Below are positions 53,409 to 64,000 of a DNA stretch of 64,000 nt, one piece after another. The notes below the pieces were generated by a model. That model made no database searches, was not told where the DNA came from, and worked only from the letters and a program-made list of their open reading frames with translations. Position numbers and translations under genes: made by a program. The first letter of the stretch is position 1, and the number at the start of each line of letters is the position of its first letter. Source of the stretch: Raillietiella orientalis (lineage: Eukaryota); the NCBI GenBank assembly GCA_036172245.1, contig JAYWIR010000018.1:2170001-2234000 (forward strand), given 5' to 3'.

Positions 53409-54999
53409 AATATCTACATCCACGTCTACATCTACATCTATATATGAGTGTTTCTATATTGTGGACAGAAGTGAACGGGATATGTACATTCATCTTACAT
53501 AGATTTCGATATCACCTTGGCATTTCACTCAGATGTAAGGAGGAGACTCAAGGTAATCGCACTGTACAAGACAACGGAATCGACAAACCAATTCAAGTAA
53601 TATCCAAGTACTCATATGCTTGGTAAAAGAAGAGAAAAAAATATATACATAAGAAATAAAACCAGATCGAGAAGCACAAATGCATTCCTTTTGTTTTGTT
53701 AAATAAAACGCAATTTCGCTTGCCCCATTTCGCATCTGTTTTCTCGAGCAAGAACTCGGGAAGAAGTGGGCTGGAGGAACAGCAGCATAAAGGGGAAACT
53801 CAGAAGAGTCTGCCTGGCACGGAAGCGAACAGATGAGAGATTTCTGCCTTTCCACCCCAATCGCCCCTCCCGATCTAAACATGCTACACAGCCTTAACGA
53901 ATTTTTCTATGCATACGGGCTCTGGAATTCGTAATCTCCTAATCCTTTCCGAGCAAACAACTGACTTTCATAAAGCGTTCTATCAAGTGAAACGTTTTGG
54001 AGCAGTCTGAAACTTTTTAGAATTACTGTCCATTACGAAACAGTCAATAATCCTCGCGGATTTTTTTTTTTGTTGTTGCATTAAACAACGGAAAGGGGTA
54101 ATTTGCATTTTTCTCTTGAATGACGACATCGGCATAAAATCAGGCTTTCTACATTCATTCGTGCAAAAAAAACAGAATCCCACGTTGTATATCGTGTGTG
54201 AATCTTTTTTTTACAGCTTCTGTTCCTTTTTTTTGCAGTTTACTCTGCAGCAATAAATTGCGGCCTCATAGCAACCGTGCATTCTTCTGCGAGCACCTAC
54301 TCAGTGCTTGATGACCGCTACTGCTCACAGGCTCCGCTTCCAAAGTGATACTGCCAAGGAAATTCTTGCTTTACTAGCTTGTAAGAGCATCCGCTATTTA
54401 AACAGCCGCATCGACCTCCTGGGCGATCCCCGTTTTAAGAGAGGACGTGAAACGACTATTGATATGATAGATACTAGCCAGTTAGAGCAAAGCGAGAGAT
54501 GAGGACTATCTAAATTTTGGGGATACGCCCTAGAAGGGAAGAGAAAGTGATGGCACCATTCACAGTTGCTTCCCTGATTTATTTCCTCATCCATCATGCG
54601 ATTGTGTTTCCAGAGATCTGCGCAGGAGACGCTAAACGGTTTGAAGTGGGCTGCATCGCCTGTCTGCTCTGCATGCACACGGTGCATCCGGATGTGCATC
54701 TCCAGCGGTGTGACGCACATACTCAGAAAGGCCGTGTGTACGTGCATGTGTGTGCGCACACACCTATCTTCAGGGATCAACGTCAGTGTGCACTGTCAGC
54801 ACGTGCCCCATCTGGGCATGATCTACTGATGCTCTAACCATTTGACATGCAATAAGACGGTAAAACCAGTCAAAGAGAAATCATCGGCTGCACCCTGCAT
54901 GCAACCACAGATCATCCCAGAGTGTCAGTGTTCTCTGATGATGACTTTTCCTTTTTTCCCCATTTGTAATAAAGTGATCACGAACGATTCCAGCTTCCG

Positions 55000-57150
55000 C
55001 TCATCTTCTCTTCCTGGTTTCCATGTGTTGTGCCTGAACGCTTTGTCGAAATCTTCACAAAAGAACATCCGATTTTTCTTATCCTCACCTCGTTCGGCTC
55101 TGATGCTTGCCAGGAAAGGTTCCTTCTCGTTTCCTGCTTTCAGAAGGCTCGAAACCCAGAATGCACGTGTCCTGGGAGAACTCTACAGTGGAATTCTCCG
55201 TTCGATCGAGGATCACCTGCTTCCCAGCAGCTTTTCCTTGTTTTCAGGACCTTCGACTCGCCTCGCAGCTCCCAGGAAGCCCTTGTCGAATTACATGGAT
55301 TCCCTTGTTTTCTGGGCATGGTGGTCTCTGCTTGTCTATAAGAGTGGAAGCAGGTTGAAGGCGCGCTGCTGCTGACCCGCCCGCACTCTGAGCGTTCTTA
55401 GAGAACTTCAGGGTTGCCACAGTCCTTACACTTGTGGTTGAATGCCCTCGTGTTTTGCTTCGTATTTGAGAACGCGGTTCCGATTTTCGGAAAAGTCAGG
55501 AGCCAGCAGCCATTCCATTGGGATGCAAGATCCGTCAGGACCGGATCAAGAGTGGTGGTCTGCTATCGAAGAGGAGAAGCTGATTTCATGCTGGAAGCAA
55601 TCAGATAAACATGTAGCTGCATGGATGCGATGCAGTTGCCTACAGGGACACGCGTGTGGACTCGAGCAAACTCCCATCCGAAGGGCTTTCTCACTCGGAG
55701 ATCAGGAAGCAATTCTCGTCTCTAGAAACTCCTGAGAATAAACGAGCAAGGATGCAGCTGGTTCCGAAAACTCGAAAGATGGCAGTCTTTCGGATCAGAA
55801 GATGCAGATTTTCTACCTGCGCTCCTTTCCATGTTCCGAATATTTCGACGTGAGGAACGAAGACGAGCGTCCTGCGATACGAATCCATGCAGGATTGTCC
55901 CAGGTTGTTACCATCTTTGGTTACCATCCCGTCCTCTCCCGAAGCTTCCACTGCGGCTGTTCTTCAGCTACTACGAAACCTTCTAATCTGATCCGAGGCG
56001 TTTCAGATCTGCAGTCTCTGGGAGAGGAATTCTGTTCCCGTAAACGAGCCCTCAAGGGGTGTTTGTTTCCTTTTTTTTGGTTGTTGCTGGAAACATGCTT
56101 CTTCCCATTTCTGTGGCGAATGCCCTCGGGACCGCCTTAGAGAACTCCTTTGCCGAGTGCGCGATTCAGTGGGCACTGATGCGTGCTTCACGGCTGCCTG
56201 ACGCTCTCCTCTTGGTTTGCCTCTTGAGGCTGCTTCTGCGCCTGCGCGGGCGTTTCAAGCTGCTTTTCCACCCGGCTCCGCTTCCATACGATCGCACTGC
56301 GCAGGGCCCGTTTTCCATGGGGGAGCTTCAGGGTGCGTCCCGCGCGTTCTTCCGACTTGGGCGTGGCATACGCGCAGCACACTAGCACGCGTGCGCGTGC
56401 ACTAACCTGTGAGATCAAGTGCAGCGGATTTCTCCGGGTCAACCAGCAATCTCCTTTCCGTTTGCCTTGTTGAGTAAACTTCTGTGAGTGCTGTCTCTGA
56501 ATATCCTCCTTTCATCCTTAGTGGGAAGATGCACACAAAGGCACTTTAAGTCTCTGAGGGTGATTACAATTCGTCTCCCCTCTGAAGGAAGCTGATTTCC
56601 ACTGGAATCTGTGAGATCCCGGAAGTGCTTTCGTGTTACAAAGCAGATGATTGAGCAACTAAATGGGATTCTGCACCTGCATCTGCATCTGCAAACTAAG
56701 CGGTTCGGAAAACTCCGTGGTGCCTGCGCAACGCAAAGTTTTCCTAAATGCTTGGCTCAGTTTCGAAATCCATTATTTGGAAATCGATCAATTCCCTGTT
56801 TGCATCCATTTAAGGATTCCTGCACACTCTTTAATTCCGTTCAGGAAATTTGCAAGACGGAACGTTCGAGAACTTCGTGGAGTCCAGGAACATGCAAGCA
56901 AGAGTCTGCGTCTTGACGTCTTCGTCACTTTTGGGTCTTAGAGTCCAACCGGTGGACGGCTGCTGTTGCACTCTCAGTCGTCCAGGAACCAATCTCTTGC
57001 TTAGCTGCGCTCTAATCTTCCGTGATTTTGGGGGACAGATTTCCAGCCTGCTATCTACCATCAACACTGTGTTTCGGTGTCACACTGTTTTACGCGACTT
57101 CTGTGCATCTGTCTTTCCTTGGATTTGAAGATTCATCTGCCTTTCTCTTC
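55000..57150 (-). mobile_element. Highly degenerate R2/NeSL/Utopia-type element
   Basis: Minus-strand echoes in the expected order: ACMFLDSTKFSNVP (cf. LDL.NAFGSVP), FADAD (cf. FADD), RAFNLLPL (cf. RLNL.PL), DTCILGFE (cf. DVTCPFE). Confidence 0.4.
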
Positions 57151-57254
57151 AAAAAATCTTCAAGATACTTGGATTAAAGAAAAAATCACACCATTTAGTC
57201 AGCATTCATGAGATCGCAACGTATGTAAAAAACAACAACTCTGTCACCCTGAAT

Positions 57255-57670
57255 TATACACATATATACGTAGATATGCATGTATACGTATACGTATACA
57301 CACGTATACGTATACGTATGCCTTTATACGCCTACACACACACATATACATGCATAAATCTGTATGTAAAAATGCATGCCAAAACGTAAACACACATATA
57401 TTACATATCAATCTGCACAAATATACGTATATGCATATATATATATATATATGTATACACATTGATATTTAATGTGTATTTATGCATGTCTCTATATATG
57501 TGCCTCTGTGTATGTGTACACACATGCTCCTACGCATACATGTGTGTACGTGCACACATTCATTAGACATAAAATTGCATATACACATATATAACTTTAC
57601 ACAAATATGCAGATTCACATACATACACATGCACACATGTACGTTTACTGGTTTTGCGTGCCTACGTACA
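57255..57670. repeat. Compound alternating purine-pyrimidine microsatellite (TA/CA/TG/CG mix)
   Basis: Directly visible, e.g. TATACGTATACGTATACACACGTATACG, (TA)n, ACATACACATGCACACATG. Confidence 0.9.
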
Positions 57671-58942
57671 CGTGGATCTTATCGAAACGAATTCATCACT
57701 GGTCTTCATCATTTTCTGGATGTCCTTTTTAACGTTTGGGTGTGAGAGGATAAGTTCCGATTTCCATTTTGGTCCCTTCCTTTGGTATTGTATTCCTATC
57801 CTTCGGATTCTTGCGCTTGTAGGCGGGAAGAGAGGAAGCATCACTTTTCGTTGAGTACAACACGGTATTTCTGATCTTGAATCTAGCAGACGACCCAGTA
57901 GACGAGCCAGCCGATGTTGAAACGGATGCTGAAGAAAAAGTTCTTGGTCTGGTTGGGGGGGGGGGGGTAATTGGAATTCGCTTCGCCTCGTACACAGACG
58001 GATTTTTGCCCTAAACGCAGCTTTTCGGTCCCGGAAACTGTGTGTGCTCTCATTCGGCGTGTCCACCTATAGCACTCAGCGCGCCGATAGGAAAACGAAT
58101 TCGCTGCAATGGGCCCAGTCGACCTGACCGACAAAAGAACACAATCTTTGAAACATTACGACATCTTGATTTGTTCTGCTGCATGTAATCATCACGAAGG
58201 AAAGCACCGATAGATAGAGACACACACACACACAAGATGCATGCGAAAAAGGGAAAGAAGAAAAAATCCTCTGAAAGGCCGAGCTTTCCAGTTGACAAGG
58301 AAGAAGGCAGAGCTGACCATGACACATGGAAATGAGACGCAGTTTGATGCCCACGGTGTGTTAACTACAGCAAGACGGCCTACCCATCGTGTGTGGTGCT
58401 GTGCGTGAAATCAACGCCACGCACTTTTTCCAGATCTGAGATACCCAGATGCTATCAAGCACAAATTGATACAGCTTTTACTATACCGATTTAGGAGAAG
58501 AGCGCCTAATGTAAATTCCTGCTGTGCTGATCTGATGGTGCTGCATCCAGAAAACTCGGAAGCACGTGATTCCGAAGGATAAGAAGGGGTAAGGGAGCTC
58601 TTGAAGCATTTCTAGGGAAACGGAGACGTGGCGCGAGCGAGCTGCCGTCTAAGCGAACTTCTCCGGAGATGAACAGAGCATGCAGGATGACCGGAGTCTG
58701 CGTACTCCAGCCACCACTGGAATAAAAACGAACGCCGGAATCCAGCAAATCCCATTTGATCGAAAGCGGTATCCTTGGCACGCTATACACTGCTCTCCCC
58801 CCACCATGCCCTAGAGCGTACCTCTCGTGTCATGTCTTCCACCTCGTTCCTCGGTCGTACCCTCCTCTTTTGAGTCAGTTCAGTCGAAGTGAGTGGAAAT
58901 TCTGACCTTGTAATATGCTGTTGTGTGCGGATGCGCTGCAGA

Positions 58943-59221
58943 ATGCGTTTCCGCAGGCCATGCAGTGTGATGGTGGCTGCCACTCTTTTACTCGAGTTCT
59001 TGGAGGTTCTCTCTAACAAGGAGATGGTGAAAAGGCACAAGAAGGACAGGAAGACGGAGACGCTGTACATCGCCGGGTTCTTCCCCACCGGTGCAGAGAT
59101 AGCCGAGGGTCGGATAGGGAGGGGCGTGTTGCCGGCCGTCGAGCTCGCCATCGAGCATGTGAACAGCAACAGCAAGATCATCCCCGGTTACAAGCTGGAG
59201 ATCATCTGGAACGACACAAAC
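58943..59221 (+). CDS. GABA-B-R2: GABA-B receptor subunit 2 (class C GPCR), first coding exon; partial CDS (alternative in-frame ATG at 58931)
   Basis: Signal-peptide-like MRFRRPCSVMVAATLLLEFLEVLS, then LYIAGFFPTGAEIAEGRIGRGVLPAVELAIEHVNSNSKIIPGYKLEIIWNDTN. This matches insect GABA-B-R2 as recalled (VYIAGFFP...GRGVMPSVKLAL.HVN....IL..Y.L...WNDT). Homology ends exactly at a consensus phase-0 donor AAC|GTGAGT (59222). Confidence 0.9.
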
Positions 59222-60456
59222 GTGAGTTTCCTCTCTCTCTGTCACTCCTGAGGAGGGAGGAAGGGGGGCTTAAGGCGAAGGATGAGGACAACGGATAGCC
59301 GAGACGATGGCGAGATCTATTCTGGAGTCAAAAGCGTTCAACTCCGAGACTGCATCCGGAAATCAGATTGAACCTCAGCAAACATCTCCCACAGGGAAAG
59401 AACATCTCTCCGCAAGTTGACTTCCTTCGACACTGCCACTCATCTGCGCGTGCTGCGTCCTCGTCCCGTAAGAGACGCAAAAGGACCTCCTCCGAGACGC
59501 AAAGAGGCAAGGGGAACAAGGAAGCCGAAACGTACTCCGTTCCCGGAAGGGAGTTGCAAAGCAGCGGCGTTTCGTAATTTCGTGGTACAAAGTACGAGTA
59601 CAGTACACGCTCGCTTCTCCCTGTCCTTTTCCTGCTCCTGCCGTACGATGATTTCCGACTCTGCGCACAGGTATATGTGAGCTTTGTCCACGCTGAGGAT
59701 CGTGTTGGTTTCGCAGTTGGCGCGCCTCGGATAGAGAGAAAGCAGCCCTTTGTCACTTAGTTACCCGGGACGTCGAAAATGAGCGTCCGAGGTCTACGTT
59801 CGTGGTACCACGCGCTGCGGGTTCGGATCCCACCAGGGGGAAACGTGAAGAAATGGAGTGCGTGTCGTGGGTTTCGATTTCCCCCTCAAGATGGCGCTGG
59901 TTGTCCTATAGGTTTCGGAGCGCGGCACTGGTGCAAGCGGGGAAGCCCTCGTTGACCGGTCGGGATTGGAAGTGGACCCTCCACCGTTCTTCCAGGACAT
60001 CAAGGAACCCTTCGGGGTTCCCCTCCGGCCGTGGAAATGGAGCCGTCAATCCCCCAGGGGTGACCCCCCTTCGCGTGCCATGGAGCTGGCCTATTCCGCT
60101 CCTGAGCGCAAGAAGCGCGCCGCCACCCTCCCTTCGGAGAACGTCCTTCACAGAAATCGGGAAGCGTCCGTTCGCGGTTCTCTTCAGAGGAAGAATCAGG
60201 AGGTTCGAACGCGGTTCCTTTGCGGGTTCTTTCCTTCCGGAGGAGAAGTTCCAGGAGCGCATCCTTTTCGGATTCCCTTCGGCGAAGAAAATGAGGAACG
60301 AATGTTTCCGGGTGGTCCCTCCGGAGACAACCAGGGGGAGGTTCCCTGCCCTTCCCCAGACTCCTTCGTCCTTGAATTCAGAAGGTGAGCCCCCCCAAAC
60401 TTGAGGAACCTCGGGGAGAGTGAAACAGTGCTAAAAGGCCTCGCGAGCTCCTACGC

Positions 60457-60558
60457 GAACGGTTCTTCAGCACTTGGAGAACCGAAAAAGAAAGAAAGAA
60501 GAGCTGGAAGAAAAACAGCGAATCAGAAGAACCCAGAAGGATTTCCATCATCCTAGAC
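60457..60558 (-). repeat. Dispersed repeat, probable LINE 5' end; related to 23150-23264
   Basis: Shared GAACGGTTCTTCAGCACT and collinear flanking blocks. Confidence 0.6.
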
Positions 60559-61576
60559 CTATAGTCACGATCCCCTCATGTGTACCCTACTGGTCTTTAT
60601 AAATGCAATTCGTCGAGCTGGCGCCAACATATTCCTTGCGCGACGACACTCAAAAAAGGTCCCGGAAGAGAGGTGACTCGACTCCGCGGTTTCGTTAGGC
60701 GCGCGTTTCGCACGGTGTCACGATGCGCCTCCGTCGCGACCCCCTCTGATCAGCGGGAGCAAGAAACGCAGAACTCGCTCTTGCTTGGCTCGGTGGTCGA
60801 AACTCACCCCGAAAGCTCGTTCAGGAACGCCGCAGCGTCCTCAACTCTTCATTTTGGATGAGTTGCATCTGATCAGCCGTACGACTCTTCCCAATAAATC
60901 TTCACCGCTCATGCGCCGCACAGTGCGGGGTCATCATCATCGATAGACCGCGGAAGACTTTCTCTAAGCCCACGGATAGACATCTCCACCGTCCTCTTTT
61001 ACCCTCAGCCTCCGGAACGCAGAGCATGCTCAGTGGATCGACCCTCACGTTGAGGGAGGTCACTGCTATAGGGATGCTGGCCTAGATCATTGCCAGCTGA
61101 TGAGAACGGAAATTTCCTACTCCTATTTCCCGTTCCCTTCGCCAAGGGAGGAGGCAGACGGCAGAGGAAGGCTGATGCTGAGCGGCACACCTGTCTGTCA
61201 ATTTCTCTTTTTTTTTGCTGTTGCTGTTTTCTTCCCCCTTTCGCCGCTGCTTTCTTCCGAGAAGGAGGAGCAGAATTTGGCAAACGAGATTATTCCCTTT
61301 TTCCTTTCGTCCTGTGGGAATCTTTCCCAATAGGTGTCGTTCGTCATTCAGGAATGTCCTCCGGAACGACGATGAGTGCGTCTCGGAAGTCTGGAGCTTC
61401 CCCGCGCGTGGGGGTGTTGAGCGATCGCTGCGACTGCGACCTCCGTCGGAACAGTGGTCCCTCGCTGCTTCTCTTGTGCTCGCTGGCCCAACAGAGACGC
61501 TGCTTCAGGGAACTTCCTAGACGCTCCCTGAAGACTCGACTTCCTGTTGTCGGCAAATCGCTCGCCTTCCCTGAAG

Positions 61577-62340
61577 TTTTTCATTCGGTCACTCCAGAGC
61601 ATTTATTTTATAGCAATAAATCAGTTGGGAACAAAACTTCCCAACGGACGACAACAAGGAACAAGGAGAGGGTCCACCGGCCCGCAGGGAGGGACAACAG
61701 CGAGTTCGGAACGAGGGAAGGACAAAGGGGCAACAAAAACAAACAAAGTGGGTGGAAAAGGCTTTGGTGTCGCTCCGTATTCACCGAGTGACTGGGAACG
61801 GGTAACCAGAAAAAAAAAGTAAGAGGAGAGAGGGGACAAGGATCACCGGGTCCGCCGTTCCAAATCGGGCGGTGGATGTCGGTGAGCTCCTCCTTGGTTT
61901 CCTCTTCCAGGTGAGGCCACATTCCTGATGTAGGTGGCTGCCATCCTGGTGATCTCCCTTTGGTGCGTGGTGTTTAATAGCACCTGTCAGGCCCCAAAGA
62001 TGGCACGAATGCAACCCACGGTTGCAATAACCGCGCCCGTCGAGAGGTCTCCCGGCGCGAAGAATCACCGCAGCACGTCTCGGGCGGTGTCCTCCTGGTG
62101 CAGGAGTGCTGTTGCCAACCTCCGCCATAGTTCCTGGAGGGCACCGCAGTCCAGAAACGTGCGGGATCGACTCCGTCGACTCTGAAGTCGCCAGCGCGCG
62201 CAGCGTTGCTTTCAAGCTCGGGTTAGCGGAGAGGGAACGGGATCCTCCCTGCTGAAAAAGAGGAACCACAGAAACGTTGCCCAGCGTCCGGCCCGCGTGA
62301 CTCGGAGATTTTCTGATGCTTCCCTCTGCTCCACGTCATT
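61577..62340 (-). mobile_element. 5'-truncated LINE 3' fragment in the GABA-B-R2 intron; near-identical inverted copy of 9688-10262
   Basis: 61604-62157 is the reverse complement of 9688-10262 apart from a handful of substitutions and two short indels; terminus AATAAATGCTCTGGAGTGACCGAATGAAAAA. Confidence 0.9.
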
Positions 62341-64000
62341 ACCTCCCGTTTAGGGAGTGAATGGACTGAAGGTTTTTTTGTTTTTGCCTTGTTCTGTCCG
62401 CTTTTCTCGAAGATTTTTTTTTTTTTAGGAAGGGTGAGATGTGAGATGTGAGGTGGTGGTAGTAAGGCGTGAGTGTGCGTGTGTTTTCTCGTCTGGAAAG
62501 TGGGGCCAATCTTCTCGCCTCGCAGTTCCCTCCTCTGCCAGGAACCACACCACTCTGTTACTCAGTGCGCCGGTGGCAGCAGCAGCTCCGGTCTCCCTTC
62601 CCGCAGCATCCATGCGTCTTCCTATCGTCTTTCGCGTCAAGGCTAATCATAAAACGGCGTTCATCTTGGCCGGGGGGAGGGAGGCAGGATGGGGTCAGGA
62701 TCACTAGGAATCCCTACCAGTGCCTTGACTCGTCTTGCTCCCCCCCTTCCCCCATTTTCTCGCGCGGCCGGACCGTACCGAGCAAGGACTTGCACTTCGG
62801 AGGGCTTCGGTCAAGCAGCCGTGCAGCATCAGAAGACGATCGCCTAAAAAAGGGGTATCAGCAGCTGGCAGAAGCGGGATCAGAGCGCAGCGACTCTTCC
62901 CTTTTGCTGCTTCCTGGATTCGCGGTTGCTGCGCGTGGATGGCCGCACGGTGCGAAGCGCGCGCGCTCGGCCGTTTCTTGCTGAATCGGCAGGCCTCAGA
63001 CCGCCGTCGGCTTCCAGTAGGATGGCGACCTCTCGTCTCGCTTAGGGAACGTCATCCCCTTCCAGTGCTTCTTCGCCTCCCTTTCCCTCTTCCTTCTCCT
63101 CGGGGACGAGTGGATGCAGTTGCTAGGAGCCGAGGAACTCCCGTGAACCCTCAGAACGATCGTTTTTTCCAGATCCTCACCCACTCGGTCTTTCCGTTTT
63201 TCATGCTCGCGAGATTTCCCGCTGGAGGCGTGCCGATCGCTCCGGCCTCTGGATCTGTATCCCCCACCTCGGGGGCTCGCACGAACCGGTATGGGAACGA
63301 GTAGTGATGACGGAGATGTTGACAGGGAGAACGGATCCGAGAGGGCATCTCATTCAGAAGGATCCATTCCGGAAAGGAGCATCGTCTGGGTTAGAGACAG
63401 CTTTCCCAAATGACCCGTCTCCGAAGAAACTAGCCGTTTTCGCCCGAGGAGAGGAGGTCTTGTCTTTCAAGTTTCTCCGGAAAGTGCTCCATTCCGAGAG
63501 GGGATCCTTGCTTTGCCGGGTCGCCCGACGGAGGTGCTCCGTCTCCTCCCTTACGAGACTACTCCCCTTTCCAGAACGTTCCTTCCTTTTGTGGCCCTCG
63601 CCAGTCCCCGAGACACCCTCTCCCCAACCCTGGATCTGCTCCTTGCCTTCCACGCCAGGAAGACGTTCCGAGTTCGGGCAAAAAGAGGGGCAGTCAAGTG
63701 CGCTCTTCTGGAGAAGCCCCGTGTAGTTCACTTCCAGGATGACCCCGAGAGGGCCGTGCCGAGCTGCATCCCCGAAAGGGGAGTCGGTGAGGAAAGGTGG
63801 ACAGGAAGAGAGTCGGGGAGGTTGCGTAGTGGGATCCTGGCAGCTTGCTTCTGGGTAAAAGGAGGAGGAAGACGCTCTGGACCGGAGGAGTCCGAGCGGG
63901 GAGTGCGTTCGTCCAGAGGGGAAGGGAGACGCAAGGAGGTCGTTCACGCTCCCCTCCTCCTACTTATTGCGAAAACAGTAGAGGCCCGCGTGCATTCCCA

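Noticed and set aside
59222..59251. Extension of the GABA-B ORF (VSFLSLCHS*)
   Set aside because: Read-through into the intron after the GTGAGT donor, not coding
59812..59840. GGGTTCGGATCCCACCA looks like a tRNA T-arm/B-box
   Set aside because: No A-box, anticodon arm or acceptor stem could be formed

Overview
Eukaryotic (animal, most likely arthropod) genomic DNA, mostly decayed retrotransposons on both strands. The only convincing host coding sequence is the first coding exon of a GABA-B receptor subunit 2 gene (58943-59221, +, ending at a GTGAGT donor); the rest of the window appears to lie in its first intron. Upstream are about ten fragments of a Tx1/L1-like non-LTR family, a near-full-length Tx1-like element of another family (45.0-50.6 kb, -), R2/NeSL/Utopia-type (restriction-like endonuclease) relics and a possible Ty3/gypsy relic. 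Three observations stand out. (1) About ten diverged LINE copies end in a shared module: poly(A) signal, GC hairpin, short A run. (2) A ~290 bp cyclic-nucleotide phosphodiesterase fragment sits antisense inside a retrotransposon endonuclease domain. (3) A mariner-derived fold-back has ~318 bp arms that are almost identical, while its outer TIRs and inner flanks are diverged. All assignments come from reading motifs by eye with no database searches, and boundaries of decayed elements are approximate. Most entries in the six-frame ORF track look spurious.
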